From: Chloroflexota bacterium
Lineage (GTDB): Bacteria; Chloroflexota; Ktedonobacteria; Ktedonobacterales; JACDGC01
NCBI GenBank assembly: GCA_021778805.1
Contig: JAJYBV010000009.1
Location: forward strand, 1 to 52,349
Direction: 5' to 3'
Length of the DNA stretch: 52,349 bases
Positions 27,806-37,252 of the stretch are shown piece after piece. The translations under genes were made by a program, and so were the position numbers. The notes beneath the pieces were generated by a model. That model was given only the letters and a program-made list of their open reading frames with translations, had not been told where the DNA came from and did not search any database. Each line of letters opens with the position of its first letter. The first letter of the stretch is position 1.

Positions 27806-28468
27806 CTATGATCTTTTCGGTATTGGAACCAGTTGAACCAGCGTTCGCGCCATCGTCATAATTTCTGTTTGATATAATGCGCTCAACCGCCCATCCGAAT
27901 ACCCAAAATCATTCACACCAGCCAAAAAATAATCCGCCGGCAACGCTCCAATTGCAGGGAGGTTTAACGTTCGTGTTTGCTGTGGCAGCATATTGCGATC
28001 TGCCGGATCAATTTTGGAAAAGACCACACCGATGCGTCTACGCTGAATGAGAGTTTCAAATTTTTGCGCATAATGTTCTACATGACGTTCATCTTGCTCG
28101 GTTGGTCCGGAAAAAACAAGCAGATAATCAATATCGACCCGCGAGCGCTCTAACTGCTGCCGTTCTAAAAATGTATGATCTACATCTAATAATATGCAGG
28201 TTGCCCGGCCTTCCACCTCAATGCGCGCGCTAGCAATCATTTGGCTAAAATTACGCGCCTGATTTGGGCGCGGTGTCCACAGCACCATGCCGCGCATGCC
28301 AAAAGAATCTTTTAACCGATATAATGTTGTATTGTTCTTAATAATGTCCGTTAGTAATACAGGCGCCCGCTGATCTGTGAGTGATTTCCCCAAAAAGAAT
28401 GCAGCGGTGCTCACTCCCTGACCACGGTTTAACTGCGTTAAAGCAATGACTTTTACTGATGATGCCAT
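27806..28468 (-). CDS. MinD/ParA/CpaE-like protein with a degenerate P-loop, a probable pseudo-ATPase.
   Basis: In the deviant Walker A position, V-I-A-L-T-Q-L-N-R-G-Q-G-V-S-T-A-A-F-F-L-G replaces the KGGxGKT motif and has no Lys. An A'-like motif V-L-L-T-D-I and a Walker-B-like motif C-I-L-L-D-V-D-H are present. Confidence 0.45.
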   Translation of the reverse strand: MASSVKVIALTQLNRGQGVSTAAFFLGKSLTDQRAPVLLTDIIKNNTTLYRLKDSFGMRGMVLWTPRPNQARNFSQMIASARIEVEGRATCILLDVDHTFLERQQLERSRVDIDYLLVFSGPTEQDERHVEHYAQKFETLIQRRRIGVVFSKIDPADRNMLPQQTRTLNLPAIGALPADYFLAGVNDFGYSDGRLSALYQTEIMTMARTLVQLVPIPKRS

Positions 28469-28495
28469 AAGCTTTGAAAACCTTATTTACATGAC

Positions 28496-29875
28496 TCAAC
28501 TTGCGCTGGATTTATTCATCCTATTATTGTACTCCTTCTCGTAATTATCTGCAAGTTGCAGCAAATTCATTTCCGCTTCAGCGGCGTTAAAAGGTAAAAG
28601 CGGATTCATAATCGAGTCGTTGGCGGCAGTATTAAACGCCATCGCTATCTCACGAATTACATTTGGGTTGGTAACACGGCGCATACGAACTGCGTTATAA
28701 GCTTCAGCCAGCGCCTCGGGTGAAAGCAGCGCTGCAGACTTCATTGCGCCGGGCAGCGGAAAAACGGAGTGCGCTGAGCCTGGGCGCAGCGGATGCAGAA
28801 CATCTGCGCTCATATCTGCGAACATATCGCCGGCAACGGTTTCTTGGCGGACCGGCCGCGCCGATGCTACAATCTGCCGGCGACTTTCCGTAAATGCCGT
28901 CAGCCGGGTTTGCGTAACCACAATACCCCATCTGCCAACTTCATATTGCAATTTGCTGCGCATATACATGGAAATCGATTCAGTTGCGGCTGAGCCAAAC
29001 GGCTCAGTTTCATCATCACATAATTCTGCCGAGTTATAATCATTTATCAAGTCGCGGCAAATTCGTTCTGCGGTTGTTTGGATATATTCTTTCCATGGTT
29101 CGTTTAGTTTTAACAAATTATTAGCCTGCTGTGGCGCAATATGATACAGCGCATGCAGCGAAAAATCTATCTGCTTTGTGTCTCGTGTGACAACTTCGCG
29201 CATCGTAATATCCAGCACCATATCGTGGGTTGGCACAATAGCCCAAATATGTTCACCCGGTGTCCGAATATGCAGGCCGGGTTCCAGTGTTCGGTAATAT
29301 TTACCGAATAAAACCGTAACATGCGCGGAATTTTCCATTACCGGATAGATCATAAGCCGAATAACGATAATGATCAGCGCGCTGCTTCCAATAGAAAACA
29401 AAAAGGTTGGCCAAAACCCAAATATTACCCAACCGGAAACCGCCAAATAGCACATTGCGCCAGTTAAAGCGGCTATCGACCATATAGCGTCGTTTGGCGC
29501 ATAATACAGGGCGGCGCTTAACACAACACCAATAGCAATAAACACTAGCGCTGTTGGCCCCAATATACCAATATTCATGCGGCCGTTTAATATTTGTCCG
29601 CCTTTTATCGCCAGCAAGATTAAAAGCAGAAACAGCGAACCACCAAGCAGTGTGGGAATGAATAATGGAGAATTCTTTTTGAACACTTTTAAAGAAAACA
29701 GTGATTCTTGTTCTTGATCGGCGCTGTACCGCGGATATGGATGTTCGCGTAAAGCTATGGCAGAACGTTTCTTTAAGTATTTAGCAACATCAAGCTGTCT
29801 TTGCTGTGAGATTCCATCCTTCCTCATGATCCGAACTCCATCCCTTATTCCGCTATGATATATGTGTATGCGCAT
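28496..29875 (-). CDS. Membrane protein with 4 TM helices followed by an SPFH/band-7 (stomatin, flotillin, HflK-like) domain.
   Basis: Four hydrophobic helices between aa 70 and 185 are followed by V-T-V-L-F-G-K-Y-Y-R-T-L-E-P-G-L-H-I-R-T-P ... D-M-V-L-D-I-T-M-R-E-V-V-T-R-D-T-K-Q-I-D-F-S-L-H-A-L-Y-H-I, the SPFH signature. Confidence 0.55.
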   Translation of the reverse strand: MRIHIYHSGIRDGVRIMRKDGISQQRQLDVAKYLKKRSAIALREHPYPRYSADQEQESLFSLKVFKKNSPLFIPTLLGGSLFLLLILLAIKGGQILNGRMNIGILGPTALVFIAIGVVLSAALYYAPNDAIWSIAALTGAMCYLAVSGWVIFGFWPTFLFSIGSSALIIIVIRLMIYPVMENSAHVTVLFGKYYRTLEPGLHIRTPGEHIWAIVPTHDMVLDITMREVVTRDTKQIDFSLHALYHIAPQQANNLLKLNEPWKEYIQTTAERICRDLINDYNSAELCDDETEPFGSAATESISMYMRSKLQYEVGRWGIVVTQTRLTAFTESRRQIVASARPVRQETVAGDMFADMSADVLHPLRPGSAHSVFPLPGAMKSAALLSPEALAEAYNAVRMRRVTNPNVIREIAMAFNTAANDSIMNPLLPFNAAEAEMNLLQLADNYEKEYNNRMNKSSAS

Positions 29876-29934
29876 TTACATACACGTATATGTATCGGCA
29901 TATTGAGTGAAATTCTGAAGGCCTTTCAATTTTG

Positions 29935-30400
29935 TACCTACTCAGAGGGTATCATGCTTTTGCCTGGCCACATATGCCAAGGATTTGTAAGGGGCGGTAG
30001 CCCCTTACGCGAGGTTTGGGGTGTCCCCAAATACATTTTTTATATAAAAAGGAAACACCGCACGGTACACACAGGGATTCATAAGGGGCGGTAGCCCCTT
30101 ACGCAGGGATTGGGGTGTCCCCAAAATCTCTTTTTTTATATAAAAAGGAAACACCGCACGGTACACACAGGGATTTGTAAGGGGCGGATGCCCCTTGCGC
30201 GGGGTTTGGGGTGTCCCCAAAATTATTAATAAAAACCATATTCGCAAAGCAATATTGGCAGCGCTTGTGCTTCGGAGCGGTGTAGGTGGCCATCGGCCAC
30301 CAACGCCGCACTGGAGCGCAAACGCCGTACCGTATTTTTTATGTTATTTGGATACTCCTCCCTCTTTGCGGATTTTGTCAATATCTCTTGAGTAGTTACG
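29935..30400. repeat. MITE-like element with imperfect terminal inverted repeats (GTA(C/A)CTACTCAGAG) containing a tandem array of three palindromic units of about 95 bp.
   Basis: The left end is tacctactcagagggtatcatg. The right end is tctcttgagtagttacg. Units start at about 29981, 30075 and 30171, and each contains ggggcggtagcccc and ggggtgtcccc hairpins. Confidence 0.7.
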
Positions 30401-30510
30401 TTTGCTTTTCGGAAAAAATTCATGCTATTGCCAGATGTTTTTTGCTATAGTTGTAATAGGGCTGTTTACCTGCGAATAAACAATGGACATAACTGGAAGC
30501 AATTTTTATT

Positions 30511-31602
30511 ATGAAAACATGGCTGCATCGCGTTCAAATAACAGCGCCAATACTACTTTTACTTTTATTATCTTCCTGCGGCGTGCCGGGTGTTATTTCG
30601 CAAGGAAATTCACTGCCCGCCGCGCAGCCTACAGCTACGCCAACAGCGCTGCAGCCAATCCATCTGCCATGGGATGAAGCGCCTCATAGTGATTTAACGG
30701 AGTGGTGGTATTTCACCGGGCATTTCTCAGGAAAAGACGCTTCCGGAGCCACAAGGTCATATGGATTTGAGCTGACATTTTTTCAAGTATTGCGTGGATT
30801 TGTTCCGCCAACATATATTGGTCATTTTGCAATTACCGATATCAACAGAAAGCAATTTCATTATTTGCAGCAGCTGCAAATAGAGCCGAACGCGGTTATA
30901 CCCAATGGAACTTCAGCAGATGGATTTCATTTAAAAATTGGCGACTGGTTTATGAATGGCCTGAACGGGCAAGATACGATTGGCGCATCTATGTCTGGGT
31001 ATTCACTTCAAGTATCTTTGGCAAGCCAGAAACCTCCGGCGCTGCATAACGGAGGGCTTTTAAACTATGGTAACGCTGGTTTTTCTTATTATTATTCATA
31101 CACACACTTGGCTTTAAAAGGAACCATCACTGATAATGGCGCTGTTATACCCATTACCGGGTTAGCATGGATGGATCATCAGTGGGGGAATTTTATTGGC
31201 GTGGGAGGAATCGGCTGGGATTGGTTTAGTGTTCAATTAAACAATAATACTGAATATATGATTTATGTTATTCGGGGCGCAAACGGATCCCCAGTATCTT
31301 TATTTGGCACATTTATCAACGCGCAAGGTATCTCAACAAAAATACCTGAATCAACTCTGAAAGAGCAAGTTTTAGGAACGTGGAAAAGTCCGCAAACAGG
31401 AATCACCTATCCTTCGGGATGGAAACTTCAAGCCGCGGGTACAGTTATAACCATAACGCCAGTACTGCAAAATCAAGAATTGAACACAACACAAACTACG
31501 GGTAATATTTATTGGGAAGGCGACTGCCAAGTAAGCGCTGAGGTAAATGGCGCCACAATTCCGGGTTCTGGCTACACCGAGTTAACCGGATATGGCGCCT
31601 AA
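30511..31602 (+). CDS. AttH/CrtC-like (lipocalin-like domain) lipoprotein.
   Basis: The signal peptide carries an L-S-S-C lipobox. D-L-T-E-W-W-Y-F-T-G-H-F ... Y-G-F-E-L-T-F-F-Q matches the AttH 'EWWYFTGHL...GFQLTFFR' signature. Confidence 0.55.
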   Translation: MKTWLHRVQITAPILLLLLLSSCGVPGVISQGNSLPAAQPTATPTALQPIHLPWDEAPHSDLTEWWYFTGHFSGKDASGATRSYGFELTFFQVLRGFVPPTYIGHFAITDINRKQFHYLQQLQIEPNAVIPNGTSADGFHLKIGDWFMNGLNGQDTIGASMSGYSLQVSLASQKPPALHNGGLLNYGNAGFSYYYSYTHLALKGTITDNGAVIPITGLAWMDHQWGNFIGVGGIGWDWFSVQLNNNTEYMIYVIRGANGSPVSLFGTFINAQGISTKIPESTLKEQVLGTWKSPQTGITYPSGWKLQAAGTVITITPVLQNQELNTTQTTGNIYWEGDCQVSAEVNGATIPGSGYTELTGYGA

Positions 31603-31607
31603 TTTTC

Positions 31608-32702
31608 TTAAACAGTTCGATGTTTCACAGTAATATCAAAATTATTTGAATCATCTTCTAGCCGGGTAATATCTAAGTCATAAATAGATGTGATTTTTTT
31701 TCGGCGCTTCATCACATCAACATACACCAATGTAACTTTTTCAATAAAATTGCGATACGTTAAATGCGCAATATCTTGCCGACCCGTTGTTTTGCGGACA
31801 GCAAGCAATGTTCGTTTTATTGCAGCGGCAAAGGCTTCGGGTGTTCGTTCAGCAATAGCGCAGCCAACGGTTTTTTTTGTAATTTCGCGAACATCACCCA
31901 CATCTGTTGCAATAACCGGCAAATTACAGGCCATAGCCTCTTTCACCACATATGGCCCGGCTTCCCAATAAGATGGAACAACAATAACATCACCGGCGTT
32001 ATAATATAGCAACAGTTTTTCTTGCGGCTGATTATTCACAATAAGCAGTTCCACATCCATACCTTCTTGGCGCAGCTTAGCTGCCGCAGCTTCGGCAATG
32101 GGAAAACCTTTTACCGGCCGCTTTGGATCTGAGCAAAATAATATATAGCGGTGATTTAAATTCAGATCTAAACCCAATTTTTTTCTTGCTTCAATTTGAG
32201 GAATCGGATAAAACGCAGTAAAATCAATACCTTGGGTTACAACACGAACCCTGGCGCCTGGAATCAATGTAGTCATATATGGAATTGGGGTAGTGTTCCA
32301 ATCGGCCATTTTCGCAATAATCGGTGAGATGGCGCGGCTTATTTTGCGCGACTTTGTATCAGGCAGATCTGGATTTGTAAGTAAATCTGTGCCCCAAAAT
32401 GAAATAACCACCGGCTTAAGAAACTGAAAGCGCGCTACCGCGCCGCAAAAACTATAATGGCCATGTATGATATCATACTTTCGAGAAAAAGAGGCGGCAA
32501 ATACTTTCAAAGCGCCGGTAAGATATTTAAATTTGCCTTTCAAATGCAAAACGGTTACATCAATACCTTCTTTGCGCAATCCTTCAACTTCGCGTTCCAA
32601 AAAAGCGCCGCCTCTACTCCCATTTTCGGGATACGCCGCTGTAACAACTAAAACGCTAAGTTTTTTTTTGCGCACAGCAGATGATGTTTGGATACCGTTC
32701 AT
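31608..32702 (-). CDS. Glycosyltransferase family 4 (GT-B fold).
   Basis: The C-terminal GT4 motif reads YYNAGDVIVVPSYWEAGPYVVKEAMACNLPVIATDVGDV. Confidence 0.75.
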   Translation of the reverse strand: MNGIQTSSAVRKKKLSVLVVTAAYPENGSRGGAFLEREVEGLRKEGIDVTVLHLKGKFKYLTGALKVFAASFSRKYDIIHGHYSFCGAVARFQFLKPVVISFWGTDLLTNPDLPDTKSRKISRAISPIIAKMADWNTTPIPYMTTLIPGARVRVVTQGIDFTAFYPIPQIEARKKLGLDLNLNHRYILFCSDPKRPVKGFPIAEAAAAKLRQEGMDVELLIVNNQPQEKLLLYYNAGDVIVVPSYWEAGPYVVKEAMACNLPVIATDVGDVREITKKTVGCAIAERTPEAFAAAIKRTLLAVRKTTGRQDIAHLTYRNFIEKVTLVYVDVMKRRKKITSIYDLDITRLEDDSNNFDITVKHRTV

Positions 32703-32717
32703 TTTTCTTCTCTTTCT

Positions 32718-34022
32718 TTATCGAATAGAAACTGATTGATTATGCTGATTTTGTGGCGCCTGCGAAGCAATGGGATCGCGGCCGGCTAACGTATCAACCA
32801 ACTTATAATAGTCCAGTTTCATTGCAGCCCAGCTATATTTTTGCACAAATCGCTGATGAGCAATCTGCGCCATTGCGCGTCGCTTTGCCGGATTTCTGGT
32901 AAGATATGCAATAGCTTTTGCGAGATCTGCAACATTGCCCGATTCAAAAAATACGACCATTTCATTATCAAAATATTCAGCGATAACACGCATACGTGTA
33001 ACAATAACAGGAGTGCCCATTGCTAAATATTCCATAAGCTTATTTGGCAAAGCATATTGATTAAATTCGCTTACAATATAGGGAACAACTGCCATATCAC
33101 TTTTAGCGATAATACCCGGTATTTCAGACATAGGCACATGTTTGCCATGAATGTATACTTTATCTTCCAAGCGCAATTCACGGTTTAGCGCCTGCAATTG
33201 CGGCAAATATTCCCCTCTTCCATATATCATCATATGGACATCAAGATCCGGTTCAAGCTTACGCAATAAATCGATAGCTTGCATAATAAGCTGAATGCCA
33301 TATCTTTCAACCAATGTACCATGATATAAAATTGTAGCCGAAGAATTATTATCGACATTGGAAACAGACATTAATTTCCCGGTTGGTCGATCATCCAAAG
33401 AAAAAATTTTGTTATCCGGTGTGTTCATAAGAACAGAGACTTTTTTAGCGGGAATACCACGGCTGATTAATATCTGTCTATATGGTTCATGCACTGTCAT
33501 AACAGCATGAGCAAAAGCAGCGCTTAATCGCTCTTGCAAACGCAGTCCCCATACCAATGGTTTGGTAGATTTGAATTGGAATTTTAAACCATAAAGATCT
33601 GATGTAAGATCATGCATATCCAAAATAATCTTGCATCCAAGTATTCTGGGGATGATTGCTGAAAACACCAAAAAATCCGGCATCGTATTTACGTGAATAA
33701 CTTCATATTTTTTCCGAAAATACAGCCCGTTGATATACCAAAACGCTAAAAAGAAAAACTTGATATAACTTAATAAATAAGCGAAAGAACTTCCGCCTTG
33801 GTATTTATACATAGGCAAATGACAAACATGTACTCCATCAATGGTTTCCCATTGCTCAAGCTTGCTGTCTACAGCATTTTTCGGTTGCCTCAGACATAAA
33901 AAATCAACGTTATCGCCGCGATCGGCTAAGCACTCTGCTTCACGGCGCACTCGCGGATCTATCAGATATTCGGTATATGCAATCATTGCAATGTTTAAAT
34001 GTTTTTTTTGTGAACGTTTCAA
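32718..34022 (-). CDS. Glycosyltransferase family 4 (GT-B fold).
   Basis: The motif E-F-N-Q-Y-A-L-P-N-K-L-M-E-Y-L-A-M-G-T-P-V-I-V-T-R is the EX7E-like GT4 C-terminal motif. Confidence 0.75.
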   Translation of the reverse strand: MKRSQKKHLNIAMIAYTEYLIDPRVRREAECLADRGDNVDFLCLRQPKNAVDSKLEQWETIDGVHVCHLPMYKYQGGSSFAYLLSYIKFFFLAFWYINGLYFRKKYEVIHVNTMPDFLVFSAIIPRILGCKIILDMHDLTSDLYGLKFQFKSTKPLVWGLRLQERLSAAFAHAVMTVHEPYRQILISRGIPAKKVSVLMNTPDNKIFSLDDRPTGKLMSVSNVDNNSSATILYHGTLVERYGIQLIMQAIDLLRKLEPDLDVHMMIYGRGEYLPQLQALNRELRLEDKVYIHGKHVPMSEIPGIIAKSDMAVVPYIVSEFNQYALPNKLMEYLAMGTPVIVTRMRVIAEYFDNEMVVFFESGNVADLAKAIAYLTRNPAKRRAMAQIAHQRFVQKYSWAAMKLDYYKLVDTLAGRDPIASQAPQNQHNQSVSIR

Positions 34023-34250
34023 AACAGCCTCAAATTATTGTTAAATTAGTATTTTCTGCGTGATGCAAAACGTATCTTAGCTTTACGCCAATACATGGAA
34101 ACGTAAAAGCACGCAAGCCTCTGCATAAAAGACCAGTTCTTTGTGTATCTTTGATAAAATAACACAAACAAAAATCTTCAGTAACGCAATATTTTATCCT
34201 ACTCTTATCTTATCCTTATTTACGCATCCTGTCTAAAATTTGTAGGAATA

Positions 34251-35534
34251 TTGGCAAAAAAATTATTGGCGCCGCAGTTGCGTTATACATACGGAACCAT
34301 ACAAACAAATTGGGAAGTGAGGTATACTATGCGTCCATCTCGTACACACGTGAATGCCGCAGCGAAGTTTCAAACTGCACAAAAAAAATTAACCGGAACT
34401 ATGCCTGCGCTGCAAACTAACCCGCTAAAAGCCACAACTAAACATTCTTTGCCGGAATATTCCCGGCCAGATGCGCCATTGGCTTTGTGCGTAGCGGCGC
34501 TGCTGCTGTTTGGCGCTATTATGACGCAAAGCGCCAGCCAATATATCGACCCGCTTGACCCCATGCTTATTGCCCGCAAAGAAATTTTATGGGACGCGAT
34601 CGGCGCAACCGCGCTGGGTGTAACAGCATTTACCGATTATCAGATATGGAAACGTATCGCGATTCCGTTGTTTATTGCAGCAATTTTGCTTTCAGCGGCG
34701 GCGTTAGTAATGGGGCATGCGTCCTTTGGCGCACAAAGATGGATTAGTTTGGGGTCTTTCATCACATTTCAGCCCAGTGAATTTGCAAAATTAGCGTTTA
34801 TTATCTATGGCGCAAAATTTATTGATGAACGTTCGGATATCAGAACATTTAAAGATATTTGGCCTGTTTTACTAACAGGATTTGTTTTAATTGCGCTGGT
34901 TTTATTGCAAAATGACCTCGGCACCGCCATTATTATTTTTGCAATAATGATGACTATGCTTCTAATGAGCGGCATAAAACTAGAACTGCTGCTCGTGCCT
35001 ATACTCGGGGCTGCAAGTTCCGTAGCTGCAATCATAGCGCTTTCACCATTTCGCCGCGCGCGTATATTAGGGTTTATGCGCCCACTGGATTGCTATAGTT
35101 CTGCCTCTTACCAAATTTGCCAAGCGTTGATTGCTTTAGGCTCCGGTGGCATTTTCGGCCGCGGTTTAGGGCAAAGTTTACAAAAAACGGGTTATTTGCC
35201 GGCGCCCTATACCGACTCAATAATAGCGGTCATTGGTGAGGAACTTGGCCTGATTGGTGTGTGTGCGGTAATTGCTGCCTTGGCGTTTGTTGTTTGGCGG
35301 GGAATAGCGCTTTCGCGAAACGCAGCCGATACATTCGGCAGTATTTTTGCCGCCGGCGCCGCGGCATGGCTGGGAACACAAGCATTGCTGAATATTGGAT
35401 CGAATGTTGCGGCGCTGCCTTATACCGGTGTTCCATTGCCATTTATTAGTTATGGCGGCGCATCATTAACTGCTTCGATGGCGGCAATCGGCGTTTTGTT
35501 GAATATATCAATGTATAAACGTCAGACAAAATAA
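34251..35534 (+). CDS. SEDS-family peptidoglycan glycosyltransferase (FtsW/RodA/SpoVE).
   Basis: SEDS hallmarks include SEFAK, ALGSGGIFGRGLGQS, AVIGEELGLIG and PLPFISYGGASL. The start is uncertain, with internal ATGs at 34329 and later. Confidence 0.8.
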   Translation: MAKKLLAPQLRYTYGTIQTNWEVRYTMRPSRTHVNAAAKFQTAQKKLTGTMPALQTNPLKATTKHSLPEYSRPDAPLALCVAALLLFGAIMTQSASQYIDPLDPMLIARKEILWDAIGATALGVTAFTDYQIWKRIAIPLFIAAILLSAAALVMGHASFGAQRWISLGSFITFQPSEFAKLAFIIYGAKFIDERSDIRTFKDIWPVLLTGFVLIALVLLQNDLGTAIIIFAIMMTMLLMSGIKLELLLVPILGAASSVAAIIALSPFRRARILGFMRPLDCYSSASYQICQALIALGSGGIFGRGLGQSLQKTGYLPAPYTDSIIAVIGEELGLIGVCAVIAALAFVVWRGIALSRNAADTFGSIFAAGAAAWLGTQALLNIGSNVAALPYTGVPLPFISYGGASLTASMAAIGVLLNISMYKRQTK

Positions 35535-35542
35535 ATGTGAAG

Positions 35543-35585
35543 AATCCAAATTAGGCGGTGCAATAACCTTCGCCTAATTTGGATT
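35543..35585. terminator. Bidirectional terminator hairpin between convergent genes.
   Basis: A perfect 15-bp stem, aatccaaattaggcg / cgcctaatttggatt, surrounds a 13-nt loop. Confidence 0.5.
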
Positions 35586-35613
35586 TGTTCATGTCATTTA
35601 CACCGACATAACT

Positions 35614-35649
35614 TGGTTATTTTGGTTATTTTGGTTATTTTGGTTATTT
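35614..35649. repeat. 9-bp tandem repeat (ttggttatt) in 4 copies.
   Basis: Read directly. The last copy overlaps the stop codon of the minus-strand gene 35644..36135. Confidence 0.85.
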
Positions 35650-36135
35650 TGCAAATTCTTGCGCTTTAATCAGCGGCCATAAACCTATTGCAACTCCATA
35701 CATTAAATGCTCAACAGTAAATGACGGCCAGCCAATTGTCGAAGGCATCGATCCCGATCCGATAATCGGCAATACCACAAAACTCATGACCAATAAAATA
35801 ACCACACCATACATCATTCCAGCCGCCACAGAAACGAAACCGGCTATATGCAAGGCGCGCGCCGCAAAGCCATATATAATCCCAAATACCGCCGAAACCA
35901 TCATGTGAATAACTAAGCCAATCATCGCAGGGCCAAGTGTAAAGTAAAAACTCTGGCCCATTGATGTTTCCATTGCCTGCTTTCCAACTATTGGCGCAGC
36001 TATGCCATAAAGCGGTGTAAAAAATCCTTGATGTAAAAATGTCACGGAAGCCATCATGGCGTACATCGCCATAACAACCCCCGCAATTATACCGGCAATA
36101 GCGCCGTTCACTACAAATTTTCCTGTGTTTCCCAT
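35644..36135 (-). CDS. Hypothetical integral membrane protein, 163 aa with about 5 TM helices.
   Basis: The hydrophobicity pattern is clear. No family was recognised. Confidence 0.45.
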   Translation of the reverse strand: MGNTGKFVVNGAIAGIIAGVVMAMYAMMASVTFLHQGFFTPLYGIAAPIVGKQAMETSMGQSFYFTLGPAMIGLVIHMMVSAVFGIIYGFAARALHIAGFVSVAAGMMYGVVILLVMSFVVLPIIGSGSMPSTIGWPSFTVEHLMYGVAIGLWPLIKAQEFAK

Positions 36136-36356
36136 ATTGTGTTGTAACCTTTCATAATTTCCAGCGTTTACACTGCGTTACGCATCTGTCAGACGCTAAC
36201 CAAACTATACGTTGAAAAAAAGTAAAGTTCTGTAGCCCAGACTACACAATGTATATTTGCGCCAAATTCACCTGCCGCTTTTGCAAATTTTCTATGCATT
36301 TTTGCGCTGCAGCATGGTTTGGCTTTAACAAAATATTATTCACAATGTCCCTTATT

Positions 36357-36440
36357 AAGAGACCTAAGCCTAAAAAGAAATAAGAGGAATCCGCGGCGAC
36401 ACACCAAACCACGCGCAAAGGGCTGGCGCCGCTTATTGTG
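36357..36440. repeat. Degenerate copy of the 'agagacctaagcctaaaaa..aataagaggaatc' element.
   Basis: Compare the left half of the 24211-24331 element. Confidence 0.5.
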
Positions 36441-36490
36441 AATCCTTATGCATATGAACACCCGGATATCCATCTAAAACCGATGTACCG

Positions 36491-37228
36491 GTGTACATAC
36501 ATGTAGTGAAAACGGGAAGAGGCAACATATTTATGCAATTATTTACGAAACCACGTCCAAAGAACCAAGACGTTCTATCAGATTATTTGCAGGCCGCAGA
36601 TATTTTTCGAGATTTATCTCCGGATGAAATCCGCACGATAGAACAGCGCATATCGATGCGCACCTATCCTAAAGGTCAGATTCTATATGCGCAAGAAGAT
36701 CGCGCAGAAACATTATTTTTATTAAAATATGGCAAAGTACATTTATATCGGCTGACAAACACTGGCAAACGCTTGGAAATTGCCGTTTTGGGTCCCGGCG
36801 TATTTTTTGGCGAAATGCCGCTTTTAGGGGAATCGCTGCGGCGTACTTTTGCGGAAGTGACCGAAACTGCTTTGGTGTGCGCATTAAGCCGGCCAAATAT
36901 TGAATATATAATTCAGCGGCAGCCAAAAGTTGCGTTGCGTATGATAGAGGCAATGGGCAAACGTTTAGCAAACCACGAGGAACGATTGGAAGAGATGGCG
37001 TATTACACAATACCTGCGAGGGTAGCCTCTGCGTTGCTGCGGCTAAGCCAATATGGCGACGATCCGGCAATTGCGCTTACCCATCAGCAGTTAGCAGACC
37101 TTGTTGGCGCGCTGCGCGAAACAGTTACCACAATATTAAATAGTTTTCAGCGCGATGGATTGGTGCTACTGCGCCGCGGTGAAATATTCGTAAAAGACCA
37201 TGAAGGGTTGCGCGCGCAAATTTTTTAG
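36491..37228 (+). CDS. Crp/Fnr-family transcriptional regulator.
   Basis: The cNMP-binding domain carries F-F-G-E-M. The C-terminal HTH reads L-T-H-Q-Q-L-A-D-L-V-G-A-L-R-E-T-V-T-T-I-L. The likely start is the ATG at 36533. Confidence 0.75.
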   Translation: MYIHVVKTGRGNIFMQLFTKPRPKNQDVLSDYLQAADIFRDLSPDEIRTIEQRISMRTYPKGQILYAQEDRAETLFLLKYGKVHLYRLTNTGKRLEIAVLGPGVFFGEMPLLGESLRRTFAEVTETALVCALSRPNIEYIIQRQPKVALRMIEAMGKRLANHEERLEEMAYYTIPARVASALLRLSQYGDDPAIALTHQQLADLVGALRETVTTILNSFQRDGLVLLRRGEIFVKDHEGLRAQIF

Positions 37229-37252
37229 CGTCTACTGCTGCAATATATATTT

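Noticed and set aside
24392-29875. Calling the operon a complete Tad/Flp pilus locus.
   Set aside because: No pilin, prepilin peptidase or TadB/TadC platform genes are present in the operon or in the flanking roughly 5 kb. Only the ATPase and CpaE-like components are recognisable.
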